A DNA stretch of 39,499 nt. Source: Shigella phage SFP20. Position numbers and translations under genes: made by a program. The DNA is taken from sequence record OQ031076. One strand, 5' to 3'. Shown piece after piece: positions 20,786 through 28,948 of this stretch. The notes below the pieces were generated by a model. It was not told where the DNA came from. It ran no database searches and saw nothing but the letters and a program-made list of their open reading frames with translations. Positions within the stretch are counted from its first letter, which is position 1, and the number at the start of each line of letters is the position of its first letter.

Positions 20786-20854
20786 AAGGTCTAAGACTTC
20801 AGTTAAAGACCAAAGAGACTTTAAGTGAAAGACTAACAAACAAGGACTTTAAGT

Positions 20855-23521
20855 ATGAGCGTCATTCAGCTTGAGAAGCACGACTTCTCGGACATCTCCA
20901 ACGCTATCGAGCCGTTTAACATTCTGGCTGACCACTACGGGCAGGACCTCGCAGTCAAACAGCTTCAGCTTGAGCATGAGGCATACACTGAAGGCGAGCG
21001 TCGTTTCATCAAGAATCTTGAGCGTCAGGCTGAGCGCGGGGAGCTGGCTGATAATCAGGTCGCAAGACCACTGATGCAAACTCTGGTCCCTAAACTGGCG
21101 CAAGCCGTCAAGGAGTGGCACGAGACCCAAGGGTCAACCCGTGGTAAACCTCAGGTCGCCTTCCTGAAGCTGAGCACTGAGTCGAAACCTCGTGCGCTAC
21201 TGGTCCAGCCTGAGTCGGTGGCGGTCATCGTCCTGAAGATTGCGCTCTCCAAGCTGGTCAAGCCTGAAGGCGTACCGATTACACCGATGGCCTCCGCGAT
21301 TGGTCGCACACTTGAGGATGAAATCCGCTTCGGTCGCATCCGTGACCAAGAGCAGGAGCACTTCAAGAAGACCATAGCCGAGAACCTGAAGAAACGCGCT
21401 GGCGTGGCCTACAAGAAAGCCTACATGCAAGCGGTCGAAGCCTCCATGCTGGACCAGAAGCAACTGGCTGATGCGTGGGGAACATGGTCGCCTGATGAGG
21501 CTGTACATGTTGGCATCAAGATGCTGGAGCTTCTCATCCAGTCCACACAACTGGTCGAACTGAAGCGCCACAACGCCGGGAACGCAGCGTCAGACGTCGA
21601 GATGGTCCACTTGTCGGACTTCTGGGCCAAGAAGATGGCACAGCGTGGCTACTCACTGGCAGGCATCGCCCCGGTTTACCAGCCTTGTGTCGTGCCTCCA
21701 CGTCCTTGGAACTCGGTGGTCGGTGGCGGGTACTGGGCTAAAGGTCGCAGACCTCTCCCGCTGATGCGCTTAGGGTCGAAGGCCGCTATCGCTCGCTACG
21801 AGGAAGTTTACATGCCTGAAGTCTACGAGGCAGTGAACATCATTCAGCAGACTCCTTGGAAGGTGAACAAGAAGGTTCTGGACGTAGTGAACATGGTCGA
21901 GAAGCTGAACAATACGCCTATCGCTGACATCCCACAGATGGACCCGATGAAACCTGAGGACTACAACGGGGAGACCGAGGAGGAGCTGAAGGCGTGGAAG
22001 AAAGCAGCCGCTGGAATCTATCGCCGCGAGAAGGCCCGACAGTCCCGCCGTTTGTCCCTGAGCTTCATCGTCGGACAGGCGAACAAGTTCTCTCAGTTCA
22101 AGGCCATCTGGTTCCCGTACAACATGGACTGGCGCGGTCGAGTCTACGCGGTCCCGATGTTCAACCCACAGGGCAACGACATGCAAAAGGGTCTACTGAC
22201 TCTGGCAGTCGGCAAGCCAATCGGTGCGGACGGATTCAAGTGGCTTAAGGTCCACGGTGCGAACTGTGCGGGTGTCGATAAAGTCACCTTTGAGGAGCGC
22301 ATCAAGTGGGTGGAAGACAACCATGACAACATTCTCGCAGCCGCGAAGTCTCCGATGGACAGCATCGACTGGTGGGGTCAGTTAGACTCTCCGTTCTGCT
22401 TCCTCGCCTTCTGCTTCGAGTATGCTGGAGTCATGCACCACGGGCTGAGCTACTCCTGCTCTCTGCCTATCGCGTTCGATGGGTCATGCTCTGGGATTCA
22501 GCACTTCAGCGCAATGCTTCGGGACCACGTTGGTGGACATGCGGTCAACCTGACGCCAAGCGGGAAGGTCCAAGACATCTACCGCATCGTGTCTGACGAA
22601 GTGGAGGAGCGACTCAAGGAGCTGCTGGTCAACGGTAGCGACAACGAAGTCAAGACCTTCGAGGACAAGAAGACTGGCGAGATTACTGAACGTCTCATCC
22701 TCGGGACCCGTGAGCTGGCCCGGCAGTGGCTGACCTACGGAATGTCACGCTCGGTCACTAAACGCTCTGTCATGACTCTGGCCTACGGGTCGAAGGAATA
22801 CGGGTTCGCGGACCAAGTGTTCGAGGACACCGTGATGCCAGCGATTGATGCAGGCAAGGGGGCGATGTTCACAGACCCGAGCCAAGCGTCTCGCTTCATG
22901 GCTAAGATGATTTGGGATGCAGTGAGCGTGACTGTGGTAGCTGCGGTGGACGCGATGAAGTGGCTGCAAGGCGCGGCTAAGCTGCTGGCTGCTGAGGTCA
23001 AGGACAAGAAGACCAAAGAGGTCCTGAAGCCGTGCCTCCCGGTTCACTGGGTCACGCCTGATGGCTTCCCGGTCTGGCAGGAGTACCGCAAGAAGGACAC
23101 CACACGTCTGGACCTGATGTTCCTAGGGACTTTCCGTCTGCAACCCACAGTCAACAAAGGGGCGAGCAAGGAGCTGGACAAGCACAAGCAGGAGTCAGGC
23201 ATCAGCCCGAACTTCGTCCACTCACAGGATGGCAGTCACCTGAGGAAGACTGTAGTCCACACTCACCGCAAGTATGGAGTCATGAGCTTTGCGGTCATTC
23301 ATGATAGCTTCGGGACCATCCCGGCAGACGCTGAGTTCCTGTTCAAGGGCGTCCGCGAGACTATGGTCGAGACCTACCGCGACAACGATGTGCTGCAAGA
23401 CTTCTACGAGCAGTTCGCGGACCAGCTTCATGAGACCCAGCGCGATAAGCTGCCTGAGTTACCGAAGCGTGGTAAACTGAACATTGAAGACATTCTGTCA
23501 TCTGACTTTGCATTCGCCTAA
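20855..23521 (+). CDS. 1: single-subunit DNA-dependent RNA polymerase (gene 1)
   Basis: 888 aa; extensive identity to T7/T3 RNAP (LADHYG, GERRF, RFGRIRD, LVELKRHNAGNA, QPCVVPP.PW, IWFPYNMDWRGRVYAVPMFNPQGNDM.KGLLTLA, DSPFCFLAFCFEYAG, FDGSCSGIQHFSAMLRD, RSVTKRSVMTLAYGSKE, HKQESGI.PNFVHSQDGSHLR, IHDSFGT, C-terminal SDFAFA). Confidence 0.98.
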   Translation: MSVIQLEKHDFSDISNAIEPFNILADHYGQDLAVKQLQLEHEAYTEGERRFIKNLERQAERGELADNQVARPLMQTLVPKLAQAVKEWHETQGSTRGKPQVAFLKLSTESKPRALLVQPESVAVIVLKIALSKLVKPEGVPITPMASAIGRTLEDEIRFGRIRDQEQEHFKKTIAENLKKRAGVAYKKAYMQAVEASMLDQKQLADAWGTWSPDEAVHVGIKMLELLIQSTQLVELKRHNAGNAASDVEMVHLSDFWAKKMAQRGYSLAGIAPVYQPCVVPPRPWNSVVGGGYWAKGRRPLPLMRLGSKAAIARYEEVYMPEVYEAVNIIQQTPWKVNKKVLDVVNMVEKLNNTPIADIPQMDPMKPEDYNGETEEELKAWKKAAAGIYRREKARQSRRLSLSFIVGQANKFSQFKAIWFPYNMDWRGRVYAVPMFNPQGNDMQKGLLTLAVGKPIGADGFKWLKVHGANCAGVDKVTFEERIKWVEDNHDNILAAAKSPMDSIDWWGQLDSPFCFLAFCFEYAGVMHHGLSYSCSLPIAFDGSCSGIQHFSAMLRDHVGGHAVNLTPSGKVQDIYRIVSDEVEERLKELLVNGSDNEVKTFEDKKTGEITERLILGTRELARQWLTYGMSRSVTKRSVMTLAYGSKEYGFADQVFEDTVMPAIDAGKGAMFTDPSQASRFMAKMIWDAVSVTVVAAVDAMKWLQGAAKLLAAEVKDKKTKEVLKPCLPVHWVTPDGFPVWQEYRKKDTTRLDLMFLGTFRLQPTVNKGASKELDKHKQESGISPNFVHSQDGSHLRKTVVHTHRKYGVMSFAVIHDSFGTIPADAEFLFKGVRETMVETYRDNDVLQDFYEQFADQLHETQRDKLPELPKRGKLNIEDILSSDFAFA

Positions 23522-23532
23522 GGAGGCACCTA

Positions 23533-23733
23533 ATGAAATTCGCACACAAAATCACCAACGTATCGGGTGGTAACAAGCTGGTAACTGTGACTGAGCACAA
23601 CGGTAAGGCGCTGGTCAAGGTGACAATGATTCCAGCCGGGACCGCCAAGCGTGTGGGCCTCACCCAGAAGGAGCTGGTCCAGAACGTCCAGTGGTCCCAC
23701 GAGAAGGCCCTTGAAGCTGGGGCAGCGAAATGA
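23533..23733 (+). CDS. hypothetical protein (between gene 1 and 1.1)
   Basis: 66 aa ORF with strong RBS TAAGGAGG; no recognisable motif. Confidence 0.5.
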   Translation: MKFAHKITNVSGGNKLVTVTEHNGKALVKVTMIPAGTAKRVGLTQKELVQNVQWSHEKALEAGAAK

Positions 23734-23807
23734 CAGACCTGAAGTGGCTGGCCTTATGGCTGGCCTTCCTTGCAGTATTCACCCTAATCCAACGACGCAG
23801 AGGCTAA
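23730..23807 (+). CDS. putative 25-aa hydrophobic peptide (MTDLKWLALWLAFLAVFTLIQRRRG)
   Basis: ATG overlaps the upstream stop (ATGA); single predicted transmembrane-like segment; very short. Confidence 0.25.
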   Translation: MTDLKWLALWLAFLAVFTLIQRRRG

Positions 23808-23812
23808 TAACC

Positions 23813-24268
23813 ATGTTCAACCGTAAACTGAAAGCACGTATCGCAGAACTTGAGTCCAACCTGACGAAAAGCGATGAGATGAACGACATAATGCGGCGTG
23901 ACAATCGCAGGCTTAAGGACAAGCTGGCGGTAGCCGACAAGAAGCGTGACCCTGAGCCGCTGCAAGTCAAGCGTATGGTCGGCCTTAAGTTCAAGGCGCT
24001 GTTCAATGGCCTCTATCAGCCTACCGAGTTCAAGACCGGGCCGGGACCATGTGGCAAGACGGTAACGCATTTCACCACGAGTCGTACCGAGCGTGAGCTG
24101 ACAATCCACCAGCACCACACGGATGGCTCCAGCAAGTCCTTCGAGTATCGACTGAGTGACATCGACGGTCGCATCCAGTACGACTATGAGAACGTGACAG
24201 TCTACGGAGAGGAGGCAGAACGTGAGCGCCTGATGTGGCGAGCAGCCCGTGTCGCCCGTTTCGCTTAA
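23813..24268 (+). CDS. hypothetical protein, 151 aa (N-terminal charged helix, C-terminal His-rich region)
   Basis: ATG at 23813 with RBS-like GCAGAGG upstream, within the track ORF 23651..24268; coding-like codon usage; unassigned. Confidence 0.5.
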   Translation: MFNRKLKARIAELESNLTKSDEMNDIMRRDNRRLKDKLAVADKKRDPEPLQVKRMVGLKFKALFNGLYQPTEFKTGPGPCGKTVTHFTTSRTERELTIHQHHTDGSSKSFEYRLSDIDGRIQYDYENVTVYGEEAERERLMWRAARVARFA

Positions 24269-24286
24269 ACCCTCACTATAGGATTA
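24264..24286 (+). promoter_or_regulatory. phage RNAP promoter (phi1.1 position), CTTAAACCCTCACTATAGGATTA
   Basis: Promoter family match. Confidence 0.8.
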
Positions 24287-24287
24287 A

Positions 24288-24327
24288 ACTCAAGGTCATC
24301 AGACTTCTGGTGGCCTTCATGATTAAC
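24288..24327 (+). promoter_or_regulatory. putative RNase III stem-loop (R1.1 position)
   Basis: ACTCAAGGTCATCAGACTTCTGGTGGCCTTCATGATTAAC; shares both flanks with the 14704 and 31548 sites. Confidence 0.55.
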
Positions 24328-24350
24328 CCTAAACTACTGGAGATTCAACC

Positions 24351-24530
24351 ATGTATCAGAATACCGTAAACTTTGAGCGCATCCGTGAACGTCAGCAGAC
24401 TGAAGGCTTCATGCCTAAGGGTCGCAAGCTGAACAAGACCAAGCGTGGCGGTGGCGTCAAGGGTGCTTTCCGCAATGCTGAAGGTAAAGACTCTCTGGTC
24501 AACCAAGAGAAATACTTCGTAGGAGCGTAA
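24351..24530 (+). CDS. 1.1: gene 1.1 protein
   Basis: 59 aa basic protein containing KGRKLNKTKR, as in T7 gp1.1; below track cut-off, found by manual translation. Confidence 0.7.
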   Translation: MYQNTVNFERIRERQQTEGFMPKGRKLNKTKRGGGVKGAFRNAEGKDSLVNQEKYFVGA

Positions 24531-24533
24531 GCG

Positions 24534-24821
24534 ATGGGCATGTTCTCAAGAGCACACAGCGGCAACCTCAACACGCTTCGTAAGGCGATACACAACTGGC
24601 AGTCCGAGACCGATTACAACGCAGTGGTGAGCACATGGTTCGACCCGTGTCACAATCGCACCTGCGTCAAGGCTGTGATAGTCCACAACCACACACGCGA
24701 GGTCCTCATTGAGAAGGACTTCACGGATTACCCTCATATCCGAGATGAAGACGTCCAGTCTGTGACGGTCGCCACTTGGTTCAACAAACAGTTCAACGAC
24801 TATACTGGTCGCTTCCTTTAA
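24534..24821 (+). CDS. 1.2: gene 1.2 protein (inhibitor of host dGTP triphosphohydrolase, by analogy with T7)
   Basis: 95 aa; N-terminus MG..SGNL and position match T7 gp1.2; RBS GTAGGAG. Confidence 0.65.
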   Translation: MGMFSRAHSGNLNTLRKAIHNWQSETDYNAVVSTWFDPCHNRTCVKAVIVHNHTREVLIEKDFTDYPHIRDEDVQSVTVATWFNKQFNDYTGRFL

Positions 24822-24838
24822 TTCTGGAGACATTCGAG

Positions 24839-25906
24839 ATGACAACTATTAAAACCGCGCCACACCGCGCCGTAGATTACTCTGAGTCAGGCGTTAAGAA
24901 AGCGCTGGCAGCAGCCGGGAGTCTGGAAGCTGAAGTCAAGTACGATGGCGTCCGGGTCAATATTCCGGTCCTGCGTGAAGGCGAGACTTACTGGCTGAGC
25001 CGCGAGTCTAAACCACTGCCAGCCTTGGAGTGGATGAACTCTGAGCTAGGCAATGCGTGGACCCAAGCTGACTGGCGATGGTTTCTACGTCAAGCTGGCT
25101 ACGAAGGTGTGGGCCTGATGATTGACGGCGAGGTGATGGTCAAAGGTGTGGACTTCAACACGTCCTCAGGTCTCATCCGAACGAAGTGGCTGAAGCCTAG
25201 CAACGAGGCGTTCGCTGAATGCTATCCGGCCCGTGATAAGAAGGTCCCGTTCTGGGCTGCCCGGTCCCGACTGCAAGTCATCGTCTACGGTATCATCGAC
25301 CTGCCAACCATCGCAGACCCGAAGGCCGAAGGTCCTATCCACAGCGTCACCCGCATGAGGGCTGAAGCTATCGTCCCTCTCCTCCAGAAATACTTCCCAG
25401 AAATCGACTGGGTTCTGTCTGAGTCACACACGGTCTTTGACCTTGAGTCGCTCAACTCCCTGTACGAACAGAAGCGTCTGGAAGGACACGAAGGGCTGGT
25501 AGTCAAGGACCCCCTGGGCCGCTACAAGCGTGGCAAGAAGTCAGGCATGTGGAAGATGAAACCTGAGGAGACTATAGACGGGACCGTATGTGGCCTCGTG
25601 TGGGGGACTCCGGGTAAGGCCAATGAAGGTAAGGTCATCGGCTTCGAGGTCCTGCTGGAGGATGGCATGGTAGTTAATGCCTGTGGCCTGACTGAAGAAC
25701 AGAAGACCGAGTTCACCAAGACTGTACTTTCGGGACCTTCAGTTGGTGAGTGGCAGGAAGCTGAGCAGACAGGAGAATGTCCAAACCCATACGAAGGCTG
25801 GCAGGTCGAGGTCCTCTACATGGAGCGCTTCCCTGATGGTTCCCTGCGTCACCCGAGCTTCAAGTGCTGGCGCGGCACGGAAGACAACCCGACCGTTAAG
25901 AGCTAA
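24839..25906 (+). CDS. 1.3: ATP-dependent DNA ligase (gene 1.3)
   Basis: 355 aa from the ATG at 24839; adenylation motif KYDGVR, plus YWLSR, DGEVMVKGVDFNT.SGL.RTKW, EGHEGLVVKDP, YKRGKKSG.WKMKPE, NEGKVIGFEVLLE, DGSLRHPSF..RGTEDNP matching T7 ligase. Confidence 0.95.
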   Translation: MTTIKTAPHRAVDYSESGVKKALAAAGSLEAEVKYDGVRVNIPVLREGETYWLSRESKPLPALEWMNSELGNAWTQADWRWFLRQAGYEGVGLMIDGEVMVKGVDFNTSSGLIRTKWLKPSNEAFAECYPARDKKVPFWAARSRLQVIVYGIIDLPTIADPKAEGPIHSVTRMRAEAIVPLLQKYFPEIDWVLSESHTVFDLESLNSLYEQKRLEGHEGLVVKDPLGRYKRGKKSGMWKMKPEETIDGTVCGLVWGTPGKANEGKVIGFEVLLEDGMVVNACGLTEEQKTEFTKTVLSGPSVGEWQEAEQTGECPNPYEGWQVEVLYMERFPDGSLRHPSFKCWRGTEDNPTVKS

Positions 25907-25916
25907 CTAAATGACA

Positions 25917-25948
25917 ACCCAGTGGTCTTCGGACTGCTGGGTCTTTTC
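25917..25948 (+). terminator. intrinsic terminator (TE-like early terminator) after the ligase gene
   Basis: ACCCAG-TG-GTC-TTCG-GAC-TG-CTGGGT stem-loop followed by CTTTTC; same position as T7 TE. Confidence 0.7.
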
Positions 25949-25969
25949 GCATTTGGGCCGGACCGAACG

Positions 25970-25992
25970 TTTAAACCCTCACTATAGGACCA
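25970..25992 (+). promoter_or_regulatory. phage RNAP promoter, TTTAAACCCTCACTATAGGACCA
   Basis: Promoter family match. Confidence 0.8.
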
Positions 25993-26018
25993 TCCCTCAA
26001 CAACCTAAGGAGTACCTT

Positions 26019-26279
26019 ATGTTCAAGAACTTAATGTTCAACCGTTATTCCAACACCTTCCATCTGTCCCACAACCCGTTCGCCTGCATCAAGCGCAACG
26101 AGAAGCTGGGCTACTTCGGGAAGGCCGTTAAGCTGTCACCTACAGTCTACGCTCTGATTACTCCGGGCAAAGCTGATGAGGCTCGACAGAAGCGTGAGAC
26201 CTCTGTACCTGTGGTCTACACTAAGTGGCCTCGCCTGCGTCTGGCCTTGGCATGGGCTAAAGAAGTCTACAACGACTAA
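26019..26279 (+). CDS. hypothetical protein (gene 1.6 position)
   Basis: 86 aa from the ATG at 26019 behind RBS TAAGGAG, within the track ORF 25911..26279. Confidence 0.55.
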   Translation: MFKNLMFNRYSNTFHLSHNPFACIKRNEKLGYFGKAVKLSPTVYALITPGKADEARQKRETSVPVVYTKWPRLRLALAWAKEVYND

Positions 26280-26291
26280 GGAGCGTGAGCT

Positions 26292-26669
26292 ATGGTTCAT
26301 TACTGTCCGGTCTGCGAGGAGTTCGGTGACAACTGCACCTGTCACGACCAGAAGCAGCCTATCCCGGCTAAGCCAGAAGCTATCTATACTGGTGGTTCCT
26401 CCTCCTATTACACTGTGCAGGTGAAGAACACGACCACGCCGTATGGTCTTCCTTATACTGCTGAGTGCAACGACATTATCGAAGCTCTAGGTATGAACTT
26501 CGCGGAAGGCAATGCGTTCAAGGCCCTCTGGCGTAGAGCAGCACAGCGGACTTTAGGTCTGCGTAAGGCTGGCGCTAAAGACGATGGACTGTATGATGCT
26601 GAGAAGGTCGAGTTCTTCGGTGCTCGTCTGGTCGCACAAAGTAAGGCACTGAATCATGAGTCCAAGTAG
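26292..26669 (+). CDS. hypothetical protein with N-terminal Cys/His cluster (gene 1.7 position)
   Basis: 125 aa; CPVCEEFGDNCTCHD near the N-terminus; contains NAFKALWR. Function not assignable by eye. Confidence 0.55.
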   Translation: MVHYCPVCEEFGDNCTCHDQKQPIPAKPEAIYTGGSSSYYTVQVKNTTTPYGLPYTAECNDIIEALGMNFAEGNAFKALWRRAAQRTLGLRKAGAKDDGLYDAEKVEFFGARLVAQSKALNHESK

Positions 26670-26747
26670 CTGGTGCTTTAGACAGTGGGTATCAACCGGA
26701 AACACGGACTACTTGTCCATGTACCATATGTGGAAGGAGAAGGGACT

Positions 26748-26939
26748 ATGACCGTCTATCGCGGAGTGTTCGGACAACTGTACGCAGTTAACCGTCATGG
26801 GATAGTATGCGTTAAACCTGAAGGCTGCGACTGGCAGCCATCCCACTATAGCCCTGAAGGTTTTCAGGACGCTATTTATAAAGGCTATGTTAAGGAGGTC
26901 AATGATGACCGTGGAGCAGAAATACATCGTGGAGCTTGA
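26748..26939 (+). CDS. hypothetical protein (gene 1.8 position)
   Basis: 63 aa from the ATG at 26748 with RBS GGAAGGAGAAGGG; overlaps the gene 2 start in another frame. Confidence 0.45.
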   Translation: MTVYRGVFGQLYAVNRHGIVCVKPEGCDWQPSHYSPEGFQDAIYKGYVKEVNDDRGAEIHRGA

Positions 26940-27066
26940 GGGTCGCGTTCAATCCTTCGAGGTCCCGGTCTACGCTAAGTCACTCGACGAGGCGACCTTA
27001 AAGTCTCAGGAATATGAAGATGCTGGTTTCGTGGTAGGCCGCATTCGCCCTGAGCAGAAGCAATAA
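26902..27066 (+). CDS. 2: host RNA polymerase inhibitor (gene 2)
   Basis: 54 aa (below track cut-off); [14 protein letters not shown] ... GFVVGRIRP matches T7 Gp2 (SFEVPIYAETLDEA ... GFEVTRVRP); RBS TAAGGAGG. Confidence 0.8.
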   Translation: MMTVEQKYIVELEGRVQSFEVPVYAKSLDEATLKSQEYEDAGFVVGRIRPEQKQ

Positions 27067-27084
27067 ACCCTCACTTTAGGACTA
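27062..27084 (+). promoter_or_regulatory. phage RNAP promoter variant (phi2.5 position), AATAAACCCTCACTTTAGGACTA
   Basis: Family match with TTTA in place of TATA. Confidence 0.65.
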
Positions 27085-27109
27085 CCATTAATCAACAGGA
27101 GATTTACTG

Positions 27110-27805
27110 ATGGCTAAGCAAGAACCTCTGAAGACTTTCACCACTCCGGTAGCTGGTCTGGTCGAGCCTTATAGCTGGCTCAATAAAGCTGACACCAAGT
27201 TCAACGAGCGCGGTGAGCACAAAGTCAACCTGACATTCAGTCTGGATGACCCGAAGGTCCGCAAGATGATTGACGTCTTGCAGAAGATTCACGACGATGC
27301 GTATGCGAAAGCTCTCGCAGACCACGAGAAGAACCCACCTCAGGTTCAGCGTGGCAAGAAGCCTATCGAACCTCGTGAAGGCGACATGCCGTGGATTGAA
27401 AATGGTGACGGTACTGTTACCCTGAAGTTTAAATGCTTTGCGTCTTACCTGAAAGACGGCAAGTCTGAGCCTATCGTATTACGGTTCTACGACACCGATG
27501 CTAAACTCATCCGTGACGTCCCGAATATTGGCACAGGCTCAGAGCTGAAGGTCAAGTTTAAAGTCCTGCCGTTCAAGTGGAACGCTGCGACTGGTGCGAG
27601 CGTTAAGCTGCAACTCGAATCGGTGCTGCTGGTCACTCTCAAAGAGTGGAAAGGCGATGGTGCTGGTGGCGATGGTGGCTGGGGTGATGACGAAGACATC
27701 GGGTCTGGTGGCTACAAGGCCTCGACCGATGGCGACTTCGGGTCTGATGACTTCGGCGGTGATGCTGATGGCTCTGCTGAAGACTCCGGTGACTACGACT
27801 TCTAA
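27110..27805 (+). CDS. 2.5: single-stranded DNA-binding protein (gene 2.5)
   Basis: 231 aa; GDMP, NGDGT.T.KFKC.AS, GASVKLQLESV and acidic C-terminal tail ending DF as in T7 gp2.5. Confidence 0.95.
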   Translation: MAKQEPLKTFTTPVAGLVEPYSWLNKADTKFNERGEHKVNLTFSLDDPKVRKMIDVLQKIHDDAYAKALADHEKNPPQVQRGKKPIEPREGDMPWIENGDGTVTLKFKCFASYLKDGKSEPIVLRFYDTDAKLIRDVPNIGTGSELKVKFKVLPFKWNAATGASVKLQLESVLLVTLKEWKGDGAGGDGGWGDDEDIGSGGYKASTDGDFGSDDFGGDADGSAEDSGDYDF

Positions 27806-27807
27806 TC

Positions 27808-28260
27808 GTGGCTGCATGGACACCAAAACGGGGGCACTCTGTGGGTGCCTACCGCTCTGGACTTGAGGCCAAGAACCAGCAGTGGCTGGAACAGAACGGC
27901 GTCAAAGCGGAGTACGAAAGCCATTATATCAACTATGTGATTCCGGCTTCCGACCACAAGTACACACCAGACTTCATCCTTCCGAACGGCATCATCGTCG
28001 AGACCAAAGGTATCTTCGACAGTGAAGACCGCAAGAAGCATCTGCTGGTGCGCGAGCAGCATCCTGAGCTGGACATCCGGTTCGTGTTCTCCTCGTCTCG
28101 CTCCAAGCTGTACAAAGGGTCCCCGACCACGTATGGCGCATGGTGCGAAAAGAACGGCTATAAGTTTGCCGACAAGTTTATCCCGGTTGAGTGGCTGAAA
28201 GAGGCGACTGTACGTCTGCCTTCCGGTATCCTCATCCCGAAGAAAGGAGCTAAGAAATGA
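27808..28260 (+). CDS. 3: endonuclease I, Holliday-junction resolvase (gene 3); apparent GTG start
   Basis: 150 aa; VGAYRSGLE, VIPAS.H.YTPDF.LPNGI.VETKG, DRKKHLLVREQHPELDIRFVFSSSRSKLYKGSPT.YG..CEK.G.KFADK match T7 gp3. Confidence 0.93.
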   Translation: MAAWTPKRGHSVGAYRSGLEAKNQQWLEQNGVKAEYESHYINYVIPASDHKYTPDFILPNGIIVETKGIFDSEDRKKHLLVREQHPELDIRFVFSSSRSKLYKGSPTTYGAWCEKNGYKFADKFIPVEWLKEATVRLPSGILIPKKGAKK

Positions 28261-28484
28261 CCTTCAAAGAAGTACAGATTGTCCGTCAGCGCCTGTCCAT
28301 CGACAAGATTCCGGTAGGCTATGCGTTCATCGTTCATGGTCGCCCAGACGAAGTGTACGTGAAGATTAGCAACTCGCACGTCTTCAACCATAAGCGTCTC
28401 CAGATGCACACGACTGTGAGCGAGCGCTTCAAGTCTCACCTGAACCTCGTTATTGTCGAGCTGGTGGTGTACAATGGCAAGTAA
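28257..28484 (+). CDS. hypothetical protein between genes 3 and 3.5
   Basis: 75 aa ORF with coding-like codon usage; ATG overlaps the gene 3 stop (ATGA); no counterpart I recall at this position in T7. Confidence 0.5.
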   Translation: MTFKEVQIVRQRLSIDKIPVGYAFIVHGRPDEVYVKISNSHVFNHKRLQMHTTVSERFKSHLNLVIVELVVYNGK

Positions 28485-28932
28485 GGTTCAGTTCAAACCA
28501 CGAGCTGTGACCGATGCAATCTTCGTCCACTGTTCTGCGACCCAACCGTCTCAGGACATCGGCGTAGACACTATCCGCATGTGGCATAAGCAGCAGGGCT
28601 GGCTGGACGTAGGCTACCACTTCATCATCAAACGTGATGGCACAGTGGAAGAAGGACGCCCGGTCGATGTCGTAGGGTCACACGTTAAGGATTGGAACTC
28701 CCGGTCCGTAGGCGTCTGCCTTGTAGGTGGAATCGACGCCAAGGGCAAGTTTGAAGCTAACTTCACGCCTGCTCAGATGAGCGCCCTACGCAACAAGCTG
28801 GCTGAACTGAAGGTCCTGTACCCTCAGGCAGACATCAAGGCTCATCACGATGTAGCACCAAAGGCCTGCCCAAGTTTCGACTTGCAGCGCTGGCTGAAAA
28901 CTAACGAAATGGTCACTTCCGACCGAGGCTAA
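28474..28932 (+). CDS. 3.5: lysozyme / N-acetylmuramoyl-L-alanine amidase (gene 3.5)
   Basis: 152 aa from the ATG at 28474; near-identity to T7 gp3.5 (VQFK, TDAIFVHCSAT.PSQ, GWLDVGYHFIIKRDGTVE, VGVCLVGGID.KGKF.ANFTPAQM, AHHDVAPKACPSFDL, TSDRG). Confidence 0.96.
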   Translation: MASKVQFKPRAVTDAIFVHCSATQPSQDIGVDTIRMWHKQQGWLDVGYHFIIKRDGTVEEGRPVDVVGSHVKDWNSRSVGVCLVGGIDAKGKFEANFTPAQMSALRNKLAELKVLYPQADIKAHHDVAPKACPSFDLQRWLKTNEMVTSDRG

Positions 28933-28948
28933 CAAGGAGAATTAAAAC

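Noticed and set aside
24269-24350. Primary replication origin between phi1.1 and gene 1.1, by analogy with T7
   Set aside because: Only positional analogy; the region here is short and not notably AT-rich to my eye, so I did not annotate an origin.
27594-27866. ORFs overlapping the acidic C-terminal tail of the SSB gene (27594..27866 +, 27487..27699 -, 27539..27826 -)
   Set aside because: Generated by the repetitive GAT/GGT-rich sequence encoding the acidic tail of gp2.5; no independent start signals.
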